A stretch of 63,209 bases of DNA, filler included, from Licmophora abbreviata (taxonomy: Eukaryota), in assembly GCA_900291995.1 (NCBI GenBank). It is 9 parts of 9 records of this genome, joined end to end, with 100 filler letters (N's around TTAATTAATTAA, not from the genome) between each part and the next. Parts side by side here need not be neighbours in the genome. Positions count along the whole stretch, not along the records: positions 10,957 to 18,512 come from OLMU01000163.1; positions 18,613 to 20,757 come from OLMU01000164.1; positions 20,858 to 25,216 come from OLMU01000165.1; 6 more parts are not named here. The stretch is one strand, 5' to 3'. The notes below the pieces were generated by a model. That model was not told the DNA's origin and did no database searches. It worked only from the letters and a program-made list of their open reading frames with translations. Each line of letters starts with the position of its first letter. Position 1 is the first letter of the stretch. Positions 11,847 to 23,638 of this stretch are shown in pieces. The translations under genes and the position numbers were made by a program.

Positions 11847-13283
11847 CTAGGACGGTCGAGCACTTCTCTCGTCCACAGCTGCCATAGCGTCAAGAACAAC
11901 TCGTACTTCGCCCAGCATACGCAACACCTCGTTGCGGAGTTGGTCAACACCCACGCCTTCGTGAATACTAAGTTTGATATACGACGTCCCATCCAACATA
12001 TCCCCAAGCTCCTCAAGCGCCCCATCGACAACGCCCAGGTCGTACTTTGAGACTACATCAATCCAGGGTCGTCGAGGGAACTGTTTGCGGACTTCTTTTC
12101 GCAACTGCAGTTGATCTGCAATACTGGAACATTTGTCACCTGCTTCACCTGAGAGATCCATGACGTACATTACTGCCGTTGGTAAATGCTGCATTGCAGC
12201 CAATGTCAATGCCTCCATCTCGTTGCGTTCTTCGTCCGGTCGAACCAAGAGACCAGGAGAGTCCATAACTTGACATAACTGCGAGAAAGCATACCGCCCA
12301 GTAAGGACTTCAGGGGCTGGTTGATTCGATTTTCGTTTGTCGTGCGGAATGACAGCCTTTGCAATTGCATCCTTGTCTGACCAGAACACTTCGACATGCC
12401 CCAGCGTCATACCGCGAGTAGTGAACGGATAGTTGTTCACTTCAGGAGTGGCCGACGATATTGCTCGTACAATGCTACTCTTCCCTACATTTGGCGCACC
12501 GACAAGCACTACAGCAGGGGTATCAAGACGAACGGCCGGTGCACTCCTCAGTGAACGTTGCAAGTCCAATATCTGTGCGACTGGCGGAGCCGCCAATACT
12601 CGAAAGAGTTCCAGCAAAGCGTCTTGACCCTCTCGCATGACTTCGCTGGCTTCGCGTGCCGTCTCGGCGTTCTTGGCCTTCGCCACCCAGTCTTTTCCAG
12701 CCTCTAGTATTTCTTTCCGAGCTTCATGTATCTCGTCCAGCACGTCGCTCAGCGTCAGACCATCCTTCTTTTGGCGTGCGCGAGCGGTCAGATCGGCGAC
12801 AACTCGTTCGAACGGATGAAGTCGGCGCCACTCTGTCTTGTATCCCTTGACCAAGTCTCGAAGCGGAATACAGAGTGCTTGAGTAAGAGCATTAAGGGTT
12901 TCCGCTCCGTGTTTCCGAGCTCGGTTCCGTATGTTCTTTACGTCGGGGTCGGCCTTGATGCTTCGACACGCCTTCCCTGCTTTCGCCAATAGCTCATCCG
13001 GTGCTTTGACGACAGGTAGCCGTCGCAGGCCTCCAGTGTTGCTGTTTTTCTGCTTTTTCGTTCTCGTCGCCTGATCCGGGCGCTGCGAGCTTGCTAGTGA
13101 TGACAGGCATCTGGGACCAGCCCGGAAAGTATTGATGTGTTGCGTCAAGGCCATCGGTCCAGGCGCCACAGAACCAAGACTCGACATTGGCCTTCTGAAA
13201 GAAAGTGAGACAAAAGCCATTACGTACGAAGAACTCATTGCGACAAAACTTAACCCCAGAGATAAGCAACGCCACTGCGTCAT
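11847..13283 (-). CDS. NOG1-like OBG-family GTPase, probably plastid-targeted
   Basis: NOG1 N-domain LHPFE, G1 GAPNVGKSS, G2 YPFTT, G3 DSPG, G4 SKYD. The signal peptide ends VMA-FV. Confidence 0.88.
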   Translation of the reverse strand: MTQWRCLSLGLSFVAMSSSYVMAFVSLSFRRPMSSLGSVAPGPMALTQHINTFRAGPRCLSSLASSQRPDQATRTKKQKNSNTGGLRRLPVVKAPDELLAKAGKACRSIKADPDVKNIRNRARKHGAETLNALTQALCIPLRDLVKGYKTEWRRLHPFERVVADLTARARQKKDGLTLSDVLDEIHEARKEILEAGKDWVAKAKNAETAREASEVMREGQDALLELFRVLAAPPVAQILDLQRSLRSAPAVRLDTPAVVLVGAPNVGKSSIVRAISSATPEVNNYPFTTRGMTLGHVEVFWSDKDAIAKAVIPHDKRKSNQPAPEVLTGRYAFSQLCQVMDSPGLLVRPDEERNEMEALTLAAMQHLPTAVMYVMDLSGEAGDKCSSIADQLQLRKEVRKQFPRRPWIDVVSKYDLGVVDGALEELGDMLDGTSYIKLSIHEGVGVDQLRNEVLRMLGEVRVVLDAMAAVDERSARPS

Positions 13284-13650
13284 GGCGTCGGAGATGGTAT
13301 GGCTGCCCTCTTCAAAGCTGATGGATGATGTCTGTCGTCGCCTGCATGATGGCTTCATCGTCACATCATCGCGGAGATTGCCGACAAAATCGAATGGCTC
13401 AGCAAGTCTTGCTGCCTGGCGACTGACATACCGCGGCACTTGTACGAGTATCATACATACGCAAACGCCGTCACCATTGTCTGCGACGAGGGTGTATTAG
13501 TCTACCAAGTATATCAGTTTAGCAAACGTAGTGAAGCCACACTACTAGGTACAATAGATCACTTGACGATACATCCGTTCTCAGCTTTCTTAAAAAAGAT
13601 GCGATTGGACCTACCGTCGCCCCAATGTTGAATGTACCGACACTAGCACG

Positions 13651-15369
13651 TCAATAGCGCTTTGCCCTCTTCCTCGAAGCGACTGCTTGAATTCCACCCT
13701 CCAACATACCAACAACACTAAATGTTCCTCCAATGATGGCAAGAATAGAAGTAACGTAGTCATACCAATGTCGTGATGTGTTCTCGAGGGAAACTTTGAT
13801 GGGGGACAAGTCAAGAATGAATTTCGCCTCTGTCAAGTGAAACACCCGTGGTGAGCACAAAAAGACGAACAATCGATAAAAGGAATGAACTCATCAGACG
13901 TACCTGGAGCAATATCGTTCTCGTAAAACGTAAGCTGGCTACTCTGCAGAATTTGATAAGCCATCTTCGACCCACGACGTCCCGAGTTACCGTTCATTCC
14001 TGGGACCTGGGTCGTGACGACTTTCAAGTAGTGGTGAAAACTTTGGTGCATGTCACGAGTCACGTAAGCATTGCCGTTCATGGGAGTCATCTTCTCCCTA
14101 ATTTCGTCGGGGGTGAATATGTTACGGTCTGTCACCATTCGAGTCGACATAGGGTCGCCAATTGACAAATGATGCACGATGTGGGATGTGTTCGTTCGAT
14201 ATGCGAGAAGAGAGTGTTGCGGCGATCGGGCCAGGATTGCAAAGTTTCCGGGCACACGTTCCACCATCAAATGCCCCGCAATTTGGCATCCTGGATGTTC
14301 GACGTCCAACCAGTTGTCATTTGCTTTGTGTTTCTGCTTGCGAGCGATGCGCTCCTTCCATTCGAGTTCTTCTTCGCCCATGTGATCCTGGGCCGCTTCA
14401 AAGGCAACGTGTAGCCTTCGTTCAGCATCAGTTCCTTTCTTGTGCTCCTCTTCCACGCTGTGCAACCAGTCTGTCATCGCCATTACCGTCCTGTCTGCAC
14501 GGTAGTCGCCCTTGGCGACTCCATCCACAAAGAGACGAAGCGTTGGGTAGGCACGGATATCGTGTTCGATGCAAAATTTGTGGTGGTCGACACAGTCAAT
14601 CTTGGCAATGAAAACAGGTTTCTCGAGGCTGGCGGCATGTTCGAATTCATCTTCCGAGTAGTCGTGTTCCAGCTTGTCCTCGGCGATTTGTTCCGCTGCA
14701 TCAGCCATTACCTCCGCCAATGTTTCCCATGTAGGAGCAAGATCACGACAATGACTACACCACGAGGCGTACTGCATGTATGCAAAGGGAGACTATTGGT
14801 TGAGAATGTCGTGATGTACGGTGTAGGTATTCCTCATAAGAGCAAGCAGAAAGACTTACGAAATCGAGAAAGAGGTACTCGTGTTGCTTGAGAGCGTACT
14901 CAAAAGTCTGTTCGTCCAAGGACACAGCGTCCTCTCCGTCTTCATGCAGTTCCTCCAAGGTGTATGTAACTTTGTCATCTTTGAGATGAATTTCGTTCTT
15001 GGCTTTTCGGTTGCGTCCCGAGAATTGCTGGCGCACTCCCTCGGCGTCGACGTCCCATTTGGTGACGGCAGCGGCGACAAACTGGTCCTTTCCGAGCACA
15101 GACACAACGTCGACGACAGCAAAGTCGCACTTCATGTCCATCATGGTAATGTTGAAATTAACACGGATGCGCCTTTCCACATTGTCGTCGAGCGTGAGGG
15201 ACGTAGTCCAATGGGACTGTAGGTAGGCCTTAGTCTCAAGCAAAAACAAAACAGCAATGGTGAAGAGTGCCACCAAAGACAGAGCAGACCCCCTCTTCGT
15301 TCCCTCCATCAGGTCCACAGGGACCTTTCGGTACATATCCAGGCTCGCAGCCCATCGTCGAGGCGCCAT
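13651..15369 (-). CDS. ERV/ERGIC-domain protein with internal thioredoxin domain (PDI-C type); 3 exons
   Basis: ERGIC_N 'LDMYRKVPVDLMEGT', Trx 'YASWCSHC', COPII-coated ERV domain 'GCQIAGHLMVERVPGNF', and C-terminal 'LSPIKV...ILAIIGGTFSV'. Confidence 0.9.
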
Positions 15370-15593
15370 CTTTCGTATTGCAGTTTGGGTTAGAGACTGC
15401 ACTGCCCAACGGATCAATCCAAAGCGACGCGGTATGCTGCACGCAATCATAAATCATATCCCATGCGGCATGGTCATTTTTCATTTTTCATTGCTGTGTA
15501 ATATCCGGGTTACAATATTCACGAGCTCCGAGCTTTCGAAATACGAGGAGGTCGGCTGATGACAGTCGAAGTCTTAACACGCACCACATCACC

Positions 15594-16922
15594 ATGGCAG
15601 CCGAAACAGAAAGGTCTCATCCCATGCTGCAGCTACCGGCCTTACCTCCTCCGTCCCACAATTCAATCGTCTCTTATCAAGACGAGTGGAAGAAACAAGC
15701 TGAAGCAGTGTCCAATAGCAAGCAAACCGTGCTAGATGCCGCCTTTCACGGGCAGCACCTTGTTGCCTGCACGGCATCCGGAGAGATCTCCATTTGGCAA
15801 GTCCCTTTGCAGCAGGATGGCGATGGCGAAACTAATGATGCCAATGGCTATACACAGGAAGTAGAGACATCACAAGGAAGTATGGGAACAAAAATCAGAA
15901 GGCGAAAAAACATAGTGTACGTATGGCGCATCGAGTGCTCAAACCTGTGGTAAAAAGTGATGTCATGCGTCGACTCACTACTCCGGCGTATGTCGCTCAA
16001 TCTTTTTATCAACAGAGTAAGAATTTCGACTGGGGCGTTGTACTGTATTCAATTTCAGACCTTGGCTGAAAAGATTATTCTGGTTGTCGGTGGCGATGAG
16101 GGTGTATGGACCTATGACTGGGCTGACTGGATGCATTTTCTAAAGGCCAGGAATTCATTGGCTTCGCCGAACGTACTGACACACTTTCAACCACACCCAA
16201 GCGTCAAGGGTACGCCGATCTATGACTGTGCTATTTCTCAGAGCCAATTATATGCTGCGGCGGGCGATGGCTTCGGCTGCTACAAGTGGGATATGGAAAC
16301 GCAACAGTTGCTTGCGACGTACGGCACAAAACAAAAGGGATGCGGTTACGCGGTACGAGCTTCTGACAAGACAATTTTGGTAGGGGGGTCAGATGGTTCA
16401 CTAGCACTCTGGGATGGAGCGCAGGACAAGCTGATCGAGTACGTTGACGTCAAAGCCGTCCTGCGACAGAACGAATCGCTCGTCACGACGGATGCTGCCA
16501 TGAAGCATAAGTGGACCTCCAAGACAAGTCTGTGGATTTCCGACATTTCCACTACAAACAAAGATTGGTGGACCGTGTCTGGTGGCGCGCATTATCCACA
16601 GTCTGGCTTTCTCGCAACATGGCATGCGTCAACACGATCGCTTGTTGCCGCCAGAGTTACACGGGAAACGCCACAGCGCATGGCGCAAACGGAAAGCTCA
16701 CTAGTCACCGTTGCAGACGAAGGCGTCGTGTCATATTGGAGTCCTACGCAGCTAGAACGCACAGGTCGTGTTTGGTGCAGTCCACCAAGCTCGTACGCGG
16801 TCGCGGTTCGGCCTCAGGACGACTGCGCGATCATTGGCGGAGTAGGGACGCAGTTGGATGTCTTTCATAATCTTACAGACCGGGATTTCACGCTGTCACT
16901 GCACAATCCGAGCGAACAATAA
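15594..16922 (+). CDS. THOC6: WD40 protein, THO complex subunit 6-like; 2 exons
   Basis: WD repeats (LVACTASGEISIW, YAAAGDG..YKWDME, GGSDGSLALWD) with THOC6-like layout. Intron approx. 15920-16016. Confidence 0.65.
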
Positions 16923-16976
16923 TGCTTGAGTAAAGAAGTTAAATTACACAGACCATTGTAAACCAGTACCAGACCG

Positions 16977-18297
16977 TTAGCTTTCGCCATTCATGGTCGA
17001 GAGCGCATGTCCGGATCCACTTTGATGGACTGGGCCCTTTCGTACCGTATGATTAGTGCCGTACCCAAACAGTTCATTCTTGTACTTGGAATCGTCGACG
17101 ACCCCTGAGCTGGAACGGAAACGAGCTCGTGCAAGCGCAAAGTAGGTAGTCATCGTCAGCAACGAGTCCGACCCGGCTTGATGCTCTGGTCCCATTCGAG
17201 GACAGTTTAGGTCGTCGGCCAGCTTCTGCAGTCCGCCGAAATGTCCGTCGAGTAGACTCGTCATGTACTTGATGTCGTAGATGGCTGGGAAGTATAGCTT
17301 AAGCATCTCAAAGAAACCTTTCTCATCTTGCGGTAGCTCGACGGTGGTCAGCAATTTGAGCAGGTAACCGTAGTCGTACCCTGAATGGAATGACACCCAC
17401 TTGACACGATCGTCCAAGACAAGACCGCTCACTACGAGAAGTTCGCCGAAGCGAAGTGGATCAATTCCCCTTGTCGCATGGTCGGCGAAGGATATTCCTG
17501 AATTGACCAGCAAATCTATCGAGTCTTGCGCAAACATGTCATCCTGGAGGTTAAACTTGAAGTTGAACTGCCAACATGGGCAACCCTTGGCCAATTTTCC
17601 ATCCTCGTCGGCAAAGGAGAGACCGAGCTGAATAATCTTCAAAAGGTCAACGTTCACCTTGAGCGACTTGTAATGGTAATCAGGAGAGTACGTCTCCGAC
17701 ACAGGGCGCGCTACAACCCCGGGAAATTCCGTGTCCATGGCAACGTAGGGATGCGTCTCGACAAGCTCTCGAATCGCAGCCATTTCCTCGTCAACATTTT
17801 CCGCCCAAACATTTCGGATTTCAAGAGTTTCACTAAAGCGCGAGGAAATAAGAGATTCCATAGTGTGAGGAGGTGAATAGCAATAGATGTTGACAGGATA
17901 GGTGCCGCTGGCGATTGTAAACTCGAGGTCGGAAGCAAATTGTGAGCTTAGTTGCATCCCCACGTAGAACATCGTAGACTGTTGTACCGCTGTGGACAGC
18001 CGCGCGACCGTGACGCCATGGCCACGTTCCCTTTGTTTCGTCTCGACTCTCATCCTTCTCTCCCGCAACCAGTTTATCAATATGATCTATGCCTTACCCT
18101 TCGAACTCAAAAGTAAACTTTGGAATTGTGTTGCTGTGCTCCGCAGCGTGTTCCGAGACGTTAGAAGAAAAGGGCGAGTTCGCTCCGGATCTGGGAGATC
18201 GACTTCCGCTCGAGGATCCTCGCACACGTGGATTAAATGGAGGGGATTCTGTAGAAAGAGCCGACCCCGCTCTGGAGAGAGGCGCCACCGCCGCCAT
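16977..18297 (-). CDS. CAF1: CCR4-associated factor 1 deadenylase (CNOT7/8); exons 18297-18098 and 17832-16977
   Basis: DEDD motifs VAMDTEFPGVV, FHSGYDYGY, HQAGSDS. The GTAAGG donor at 18097 and TTTAG acceptor at 17833 give an in-frame 351-aa product (FEG|ETLEIRNVW). Confidence 0.92.
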
Positions 18298-18512
18298 TGT
18301 CGCCGTCGTTCCTCTTGTCAACAGCTCACACAGCAAAAGAACTTGTGCTTTGCTTCGCGATCAAGAACTTTTTTGAGACATCCTGTCGTGCCGACTGTAC
18401 GGCCGGCTACGTAGGTGATAAAGCTCGTGATCAGTCCCAAAGACTTCGTGAATTGCTTCGATCGACTAGAGCACGGGACTTATCATAAACCCGGTACGAC
18501 GCCTCTTCGGGC

Positions 18513-18612
18513 NNNNNNNNNNNNNNNNNNNNNNNNNNNNNNNNNNNNNNNNNNNNTTAATTAATTAANNNNNNNNNNNNNNNNNNNNNNNNNNNNNNNN
18601 NNNNNNNNNNNN
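18513..18612. other. Assembly gap with linker
   Basis: Ns flanking TTAATTAATTAA. Confidence 0.98.
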
Positions 18613-18673
18613 GTCGACGAAGTTTGTTTGTCTAAATATAGGCTAAACGTTGAAGTACCAGGGACTCGTTGTC

Positions 18674-20175
18674 TCACGTCATTCGCGAGTATCGGGTACT
18701 TCTCATGCGTCCGTCGTGAAGATCCTTCTGGCTTGGCATTAGACGTCCCCGCTGTCCCACAGTTTCCGGCATGAAGCAACCGAAGAGAACGAGAGGGATG
18801 ACGGATATTACTAGCGAGCCCGTCAAGCTAGCAACGTGGCCAAGCTTTTCGACGACCAGCTGACCCAGAAAGTTCGACATGGTGGCACCCAACCCAAAGC
18901 AAGAGGCCGTCAAACCCACTGTATGGAACGAAGAGAAGCGATACACTATATGAGATGTGACAAAAACACATGCGTATGCCGCAATGAGAACCAGGACGTA
19001 CTGATGACATTGAATCGGCCAGTACCAAAGGTGATATCGGCGACTAAGTACGGATGAAGCAGGCTGCTCAATCCGGCGCCAACTCCGTCCAGAATTTGTG
19101 TAGATAACAACGTCGCTTCACCCGCATCCTTGAAATAGATAATTAAGGCGCATCGCACTGGCAATGTGAGCAGACCGGCCATGAAGAGTGGCTTCCGGCC
19201 GACTCCAGATCTCGTCAGTCGGTCGCCGACGACAGTCGCTACCGCCATTGTGACTTGTGCCAACACAATGGCACCGGCAACCAAAGGGATTGCACTCCGT
19301 TTGACAGATCCATCTTCATTGTCTCCACCCATGAGTTCACCTAGCACTAGTAGCACATTGGCATTGGCGAAATGAAAGAAGAACCCCGTCAAGGAGAGGA
19401 TACACGTCATTGGATCAGAGAAGACTTCCCAGTAGCTCGCCGCCTGCGGTGGCATCTCTTCCTTCTCAGACGAGTCGGACTCAGAGTAGTCTTCATTCTC
19501 CATGCGGCTGTTAACTTCGGGTATCGGCTCCAAGCGTCCCTGTAAGTCCAAGGCGAACTTCCCCTGAAATCCCCTGCCCATCAGAGGGTCACCCTGGGGT
19601 ACTGACTGAACGAAGAGAATGGCCGTCAATGCAGCGAACGCAATCACCAAAAAGCAGTACTTGATGTTTGGATACAAAAAGTAAGAAGCCGTTCCTGCCA
19701 AAATAGCAGCAACGACGCTTCCGACGTGTCCCCAAAACACGTTGCTGGCCATGACGGCATCAAAGCTCCTGGGCCCAAAGCTTGCCAAGGTGAGCGCTCC
19801 GAGACACGGGCCGATGAAACTACCTGCGACACCCTCAATCACCTTGGTGATGAACATAAGCACATGATCAACGTTGCCTTCGTGAACCATCAGAATCGCC
19901 GAAGCCGAGAGCGCTGTAACAACGGACGCTGCCGACAGAAAGTGACGACGGTCAATGGTAGTTTTGTCGACGACATCTCCGGCTACGGTCTGCACCAGGA
20001 GAGCCGTGAGACCCATTAAAGACAGGGCGATGCCTACGGAACCTTCATTCCATCCTAGACCGACAAGGTATATACCCTGAAATATATTGAGCCCGTCGCC
20101 CAATTCGCCCAGACTGAAGGACACCAGGGCGAACGCTAGCATTGGCGACAGCGGACTGGTCGACGAGAAGAACAT
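18674..20175 (-). CDS. Major facilitator superfamily transporter; 2 exons (5' start uncertain)
   Basis: About 12 hydrophobic segments, motif-A-like 'AGDVVDKTTIDRR' and 'GDRLTRSGVGRKP', and 'VADITFGTGRFN'. An intron (approx. 19000-18928) joins ORF 18674..18946. Confidence 0.88.
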
Positions 20176-20757
20176 CTTGCCGAGAGAGTTTGTGGGAGAG
20201 AAAGTCAGGAACGCTTTTGCACTTCAGTCTACCAATGTCAAATGGTGTCAAGGTGTGGAATGGATCTCCAGGATTCAGGAGCGATGAGAAAGGACTTGAC
20301 TCGACTCAGCTAGAGAGCCGTCGGCGATTCGCTCTTGCCCATGGTGTGTTTTTGTGTCATGCTGTACCGCGGTACGACTGGCTCGACTTGACGACTCATT
20401 CGACTTAAAAGAAAGACCAAAGCGTGAAGGCGCATTGGACAGGAGACGAACCCCAAGATTATTTAATTTTATTTGTGGTGATAGATGAATATTTCCTATT
20501 CACTTTAATAAGAACCGTGCTCAAAATGTCTCCCGGCGATGAAGTCATGAAGTGGCTCGCGCGCCTCTGGGTGATGGGGGACAGCGGACTGACGAAGTAG
20601 GCTACAGAGTAGTACGGACAGCGTTCAGTATTGCTTCACTGGATGTTCTCTATGGATGATTACAGTGCGGCCACAATGGCGTAAGACTATTCGTACAGGT
20701 AGAGCATTCATCTAAAATGCACTCTCGTACACTAGACTGATCTGAAGGATCTTCGGC

Positions 20758-20857
20758 NNNNNNNNNNNNNNNNNNNNNNNNNNNNNNNNNNNNNNNNNNN
20801 NTTAATTAATTAANNNNNNNNNNNNNNNNNNNNNNNNNNNNNNNNNNNNNNNNNNNN
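20758..20857. other. Assembly gap; flanks overlap (20712-20757 = 20858-20903)
   Basis: 46-nt exact duplication on both sides of the linker. Confidence 0.97.
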
Positions 20858-20915
20858 CTAAAATGCACTCTCGTACACTAGACTGATCTGAAGGATCTTC
20901 GGCTTTGCCGTCATC

Positions 20916-21823
20916 TCAGGGTGACATTCTTGACCGTCTTCCGTTGTCGGCATCAGAAGGCGCAAGAAATTTCAGAATCGGCATCAAAATCAGCTGAATT
21001 AGCAAGACCGCCGTAACCGCAGTTGATGCCACAAACACGATTATCAACGGCTCCACTTTTGGAATACGAACAAATATAAGCTATGGAGGCAAGCATACAT
21101 CAAAACATGTTTGAGCGGGCACCTTTGCAATATGTTGCATGACACACGAGCTAGACACACGTACCCGTACAAAGTCGCTGGACATGCCCAGTAGTGATCC
21201 ATAGTCGTAAACGTGACTATTGAAATAAGATATCAGATAGGTCGTAATGCTCATGACTGTTGCAACGAATAGGATCAGTACTTTCTCCCTCCCTGGTTTC
21301 AGAAGGTTGAACTGAACAATGCTTTGTGCGCCAGTGCCGACCAGGAACGAGAATATGGAAACGATGAAATTTAATCGACAGGATAGGTACTCAAATTCAA
21401 AGTGTCGAAGGAGCAGCTGGTAGGGAGTTGATGCCATCGGATCAAATCCGCCGTGAAGTATCTTGACTCCAGCCGCTGTACCCGAAACAACCGATGATAC
21501 CGCGGTCATGAAAGCCAGCAAAACGAGAAATTGCGTCGCGCTCGTTAGGATCTTTTCCACGTCCTGACCAACTTCATCGCGTGCTCGCTCAAGATGAAAC
21601 AGACTGTTTAGGGCTTGGGTTGCTAGAAAGGTTGCCGGCAGTCTCATCGAGCTGAAGTAGTTGGTGATTGTGGTCGTTTGATCTGAAGGGTGGGTGTGTC
21701 ATGTCGGTCGATTACGTTAGTTGAGACAGCGCGTTTCGTTCCCACGACTCAGAAGGGGGCTCACACTTGCCTACAAGGACCGCTACCCCAGAAGAAGCTG
21801 TCGCTCCAGTCCAAAAGTTCATT
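20916..21823 (-). CDS. Hypothetical multi-pass membrane protein (5' exon uncertain)
   Basis: Hydrophobic ORF 21081..21647 (open upstream: TTITNYFSSMRLPATFLA; 'LLLRHFEFEYLSCRLNF'), spliced to a terminal exon LIFVRIPKVEP...MSP* ending at 20916. Confidence 0.6.
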
Positions 21824-22331
21824 GTCGACCTTATTCCTCTGTATTGACACACTTGTTTGAGACGTCGCATTCTCGCTCGCTCGCGATGATGCGCGCCAGC
21901 CACGCTCCTTCCCTAAAATGATGGAGCTCTGACATGAAGATGACATGTACGAGGTTACTAAGTCTTCTAAACTACTGATGGGACCTGCGCGTATAGTGCT
22001 AGCACCCGTGGACTAATCTAGGTCACCTTGGCATAGGTTGCCGTGTCACGTAGCGCCGTCATTGGTTTGGGTTAAAATGTTCTTTTCGTAGTTAGTCGAT
22101 CCAAGTCCTCGGAGGCAGAGACGGGTGGCTCGGACGATAGCACACACTTCAGAGTAGGGTTTCCCGCTCTTCTCTAGACTCTTCAGCAAAGCTGTTGTGG
22201 CGGATATAGAAAAAAACGGCGTTGTGTTCCTGCATCGTGTAGTCCATAACTCGTCGTACACAATAACCAAGAGGAAGTCGGTGAAGCGAGTCGGTAATCC
22301 CTAAGAACGCGGTGGTAACTACTATTTATTT

Positions 22332-23429
22332 CTATCGCTTCATTTCGGCAGAAATTCTTCGTTCCCCGAATCGACGTCCATGAAAGATCTGTACAGCTTG
22401 TTCGGCATCGCACGCCCGATCAAACTCGATCTCAACTTGTACAGCTGGCTGCAGGGGAGGTTGCGCGTCGCGGAGCACAACCGTCTTGACAGTCCCGCAC
22501 TGCTCCTCGCACTCTTCGCGAACTTCATCTGCCAAATCGTCATCGAGTTGCCCAGGTGCTGTCAAGTTTGAAAGTATGACGGTTCTGATCGACACAGACA
22601 CGGCGGCGGAAGTTTCGACACCCACTCGATCTTTCTGTTTTTGAACCAGCCATGCAGGTAGATTACTTACGCCTCTACCACGTCCTCTCCCTCTCCCTAT
22701 ACCACCTGCAAGTTTGGTTCGATGGTCCGCAATTTGTTCAACTGTTCCCGAGGTTTCAATAATTTGTCGCTCCTTCTCGAGCTGCAGTCTCAAGTTCTCC
22801 TGCCGTTCCAGGGTCTCTCTAGCTTCCCGTTCTAATTGCACGCGCTCCTTCTCCATGGCTTTACGATCCCAATAGGCCAACAAGTCGTTTGGAAGATGAG
22901 GATGATACACGTCCTCTGGGTTCACGGACGCATGTAGCCTCCTCATGACGTCGGATTCCACTTCGAAGCAGGGCAGGTTTGTATCTCCTTCCACGACAGT
23001 GATTGGTGCGTGCTGAGACGGTTGTCCACTGAAATGACTCCCATGAGGATCTGTAAGTGTCGTCGTCTCATGAACTTGCACGACTTGCGATGACGATGTC
23101 GCCACCGTCGTTGTCGTTGTCGCGTCTTGTCGTGTCTTGCGTGTTACAGGCGGAACTACAGTCGGTCGCTTCTTTTGTCGGAGAGCAGTAGGAACGAATG
23201 CCATGGTCGTCCCGCTACTGCCCAGCCCACTCACAATAGATGACCCGGTTCGCTTATTGGAGGTTGATCTGGCCGCGGCAGGTTCCTGCGGGGACGCAGC
23301 GACAGTCGTCGTCGTGCCACCATCGTCGCGGCCGTCGCCATCTGTAATGGTCTGATCGGATGCTACTGTTTTTTCCTTCTCTGACGATCCTTTCGCGGAA
23401 GGCAGATCACCAAAGAGTCCTCCGTACAT
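22332..23429 (-). CDS. SPF45/RBM17-like splicing factor (C-terminal UHM)
   Basis: N-terminal MYGGLFGDLP, SPF45-like motif YHPHLPND, and UHM/RRM 'VILSNL...EVREECEEQCG...FHGRRFGERRI'. Confidence 0.75.
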   Translation of the reverse strand: MYGGLFGDLPSAKGSSEKEKTVASDQTITDGDGRDDGGTTTTVAASPQEPAAARSTSNKRTGSSIVSGLGSSGTTMAFVPTALRQKKRPTVVPPVTRKTRQDATTTTTVATSSSQVVQVHETTTLTDPHGSHFSGQPSQHAPITVVEGDTNLPCFEVESDVMRRLHASVNPEDVYHPHLPNDLLAYWDRKAMEKERVQLEREARETLERQENLRLQLEKERQIIETSGTVEQIADHRTKLAGGIGRGRGRGRGVSNLPAWLVQKQKDRVGVETSAAVSVSIRTVILSNLTAPGQLDDDLADEVREECEEQCGTVKTVVLRDAQPPLQPAVQVEIEFDRACDAEQAVQIFHGRRFGERRISAEMKR

Positions 23430-23638
23430 GAAGAACACGTGTCTTTTGTCTTTTGGGTGATTCGAGTGGAGTCGAGTCAGTGCAATTCGTAGTACGATGC
23501 TGTGATGTTTGATGTTTGCAATGTTGTGTGTGTTATTGTGTGAGAGAGTGCGGTGCAGTCGGGTTCGTATCCTGCGAACACACGGTAGCTCCAACTTCTG
23601 TCGCTTTTGTTTTCTCACTTCGCACACACAGAGTCGCC

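Noticed and set aside
17862..18080. N-terminal extension of the CAF1 ORF (MINWLRERR...)
   Set aside because: It lies within the predicted intron 18097-17833.
20712..20903. Direct repeats flanking gaps (also 25197-25336 and 57735-57886) as target-site duplications or LTR ends
   Set aside because: They abut the linker exactly, and merging them restores reading frames in two cases. They are unmerged contig overlaps.
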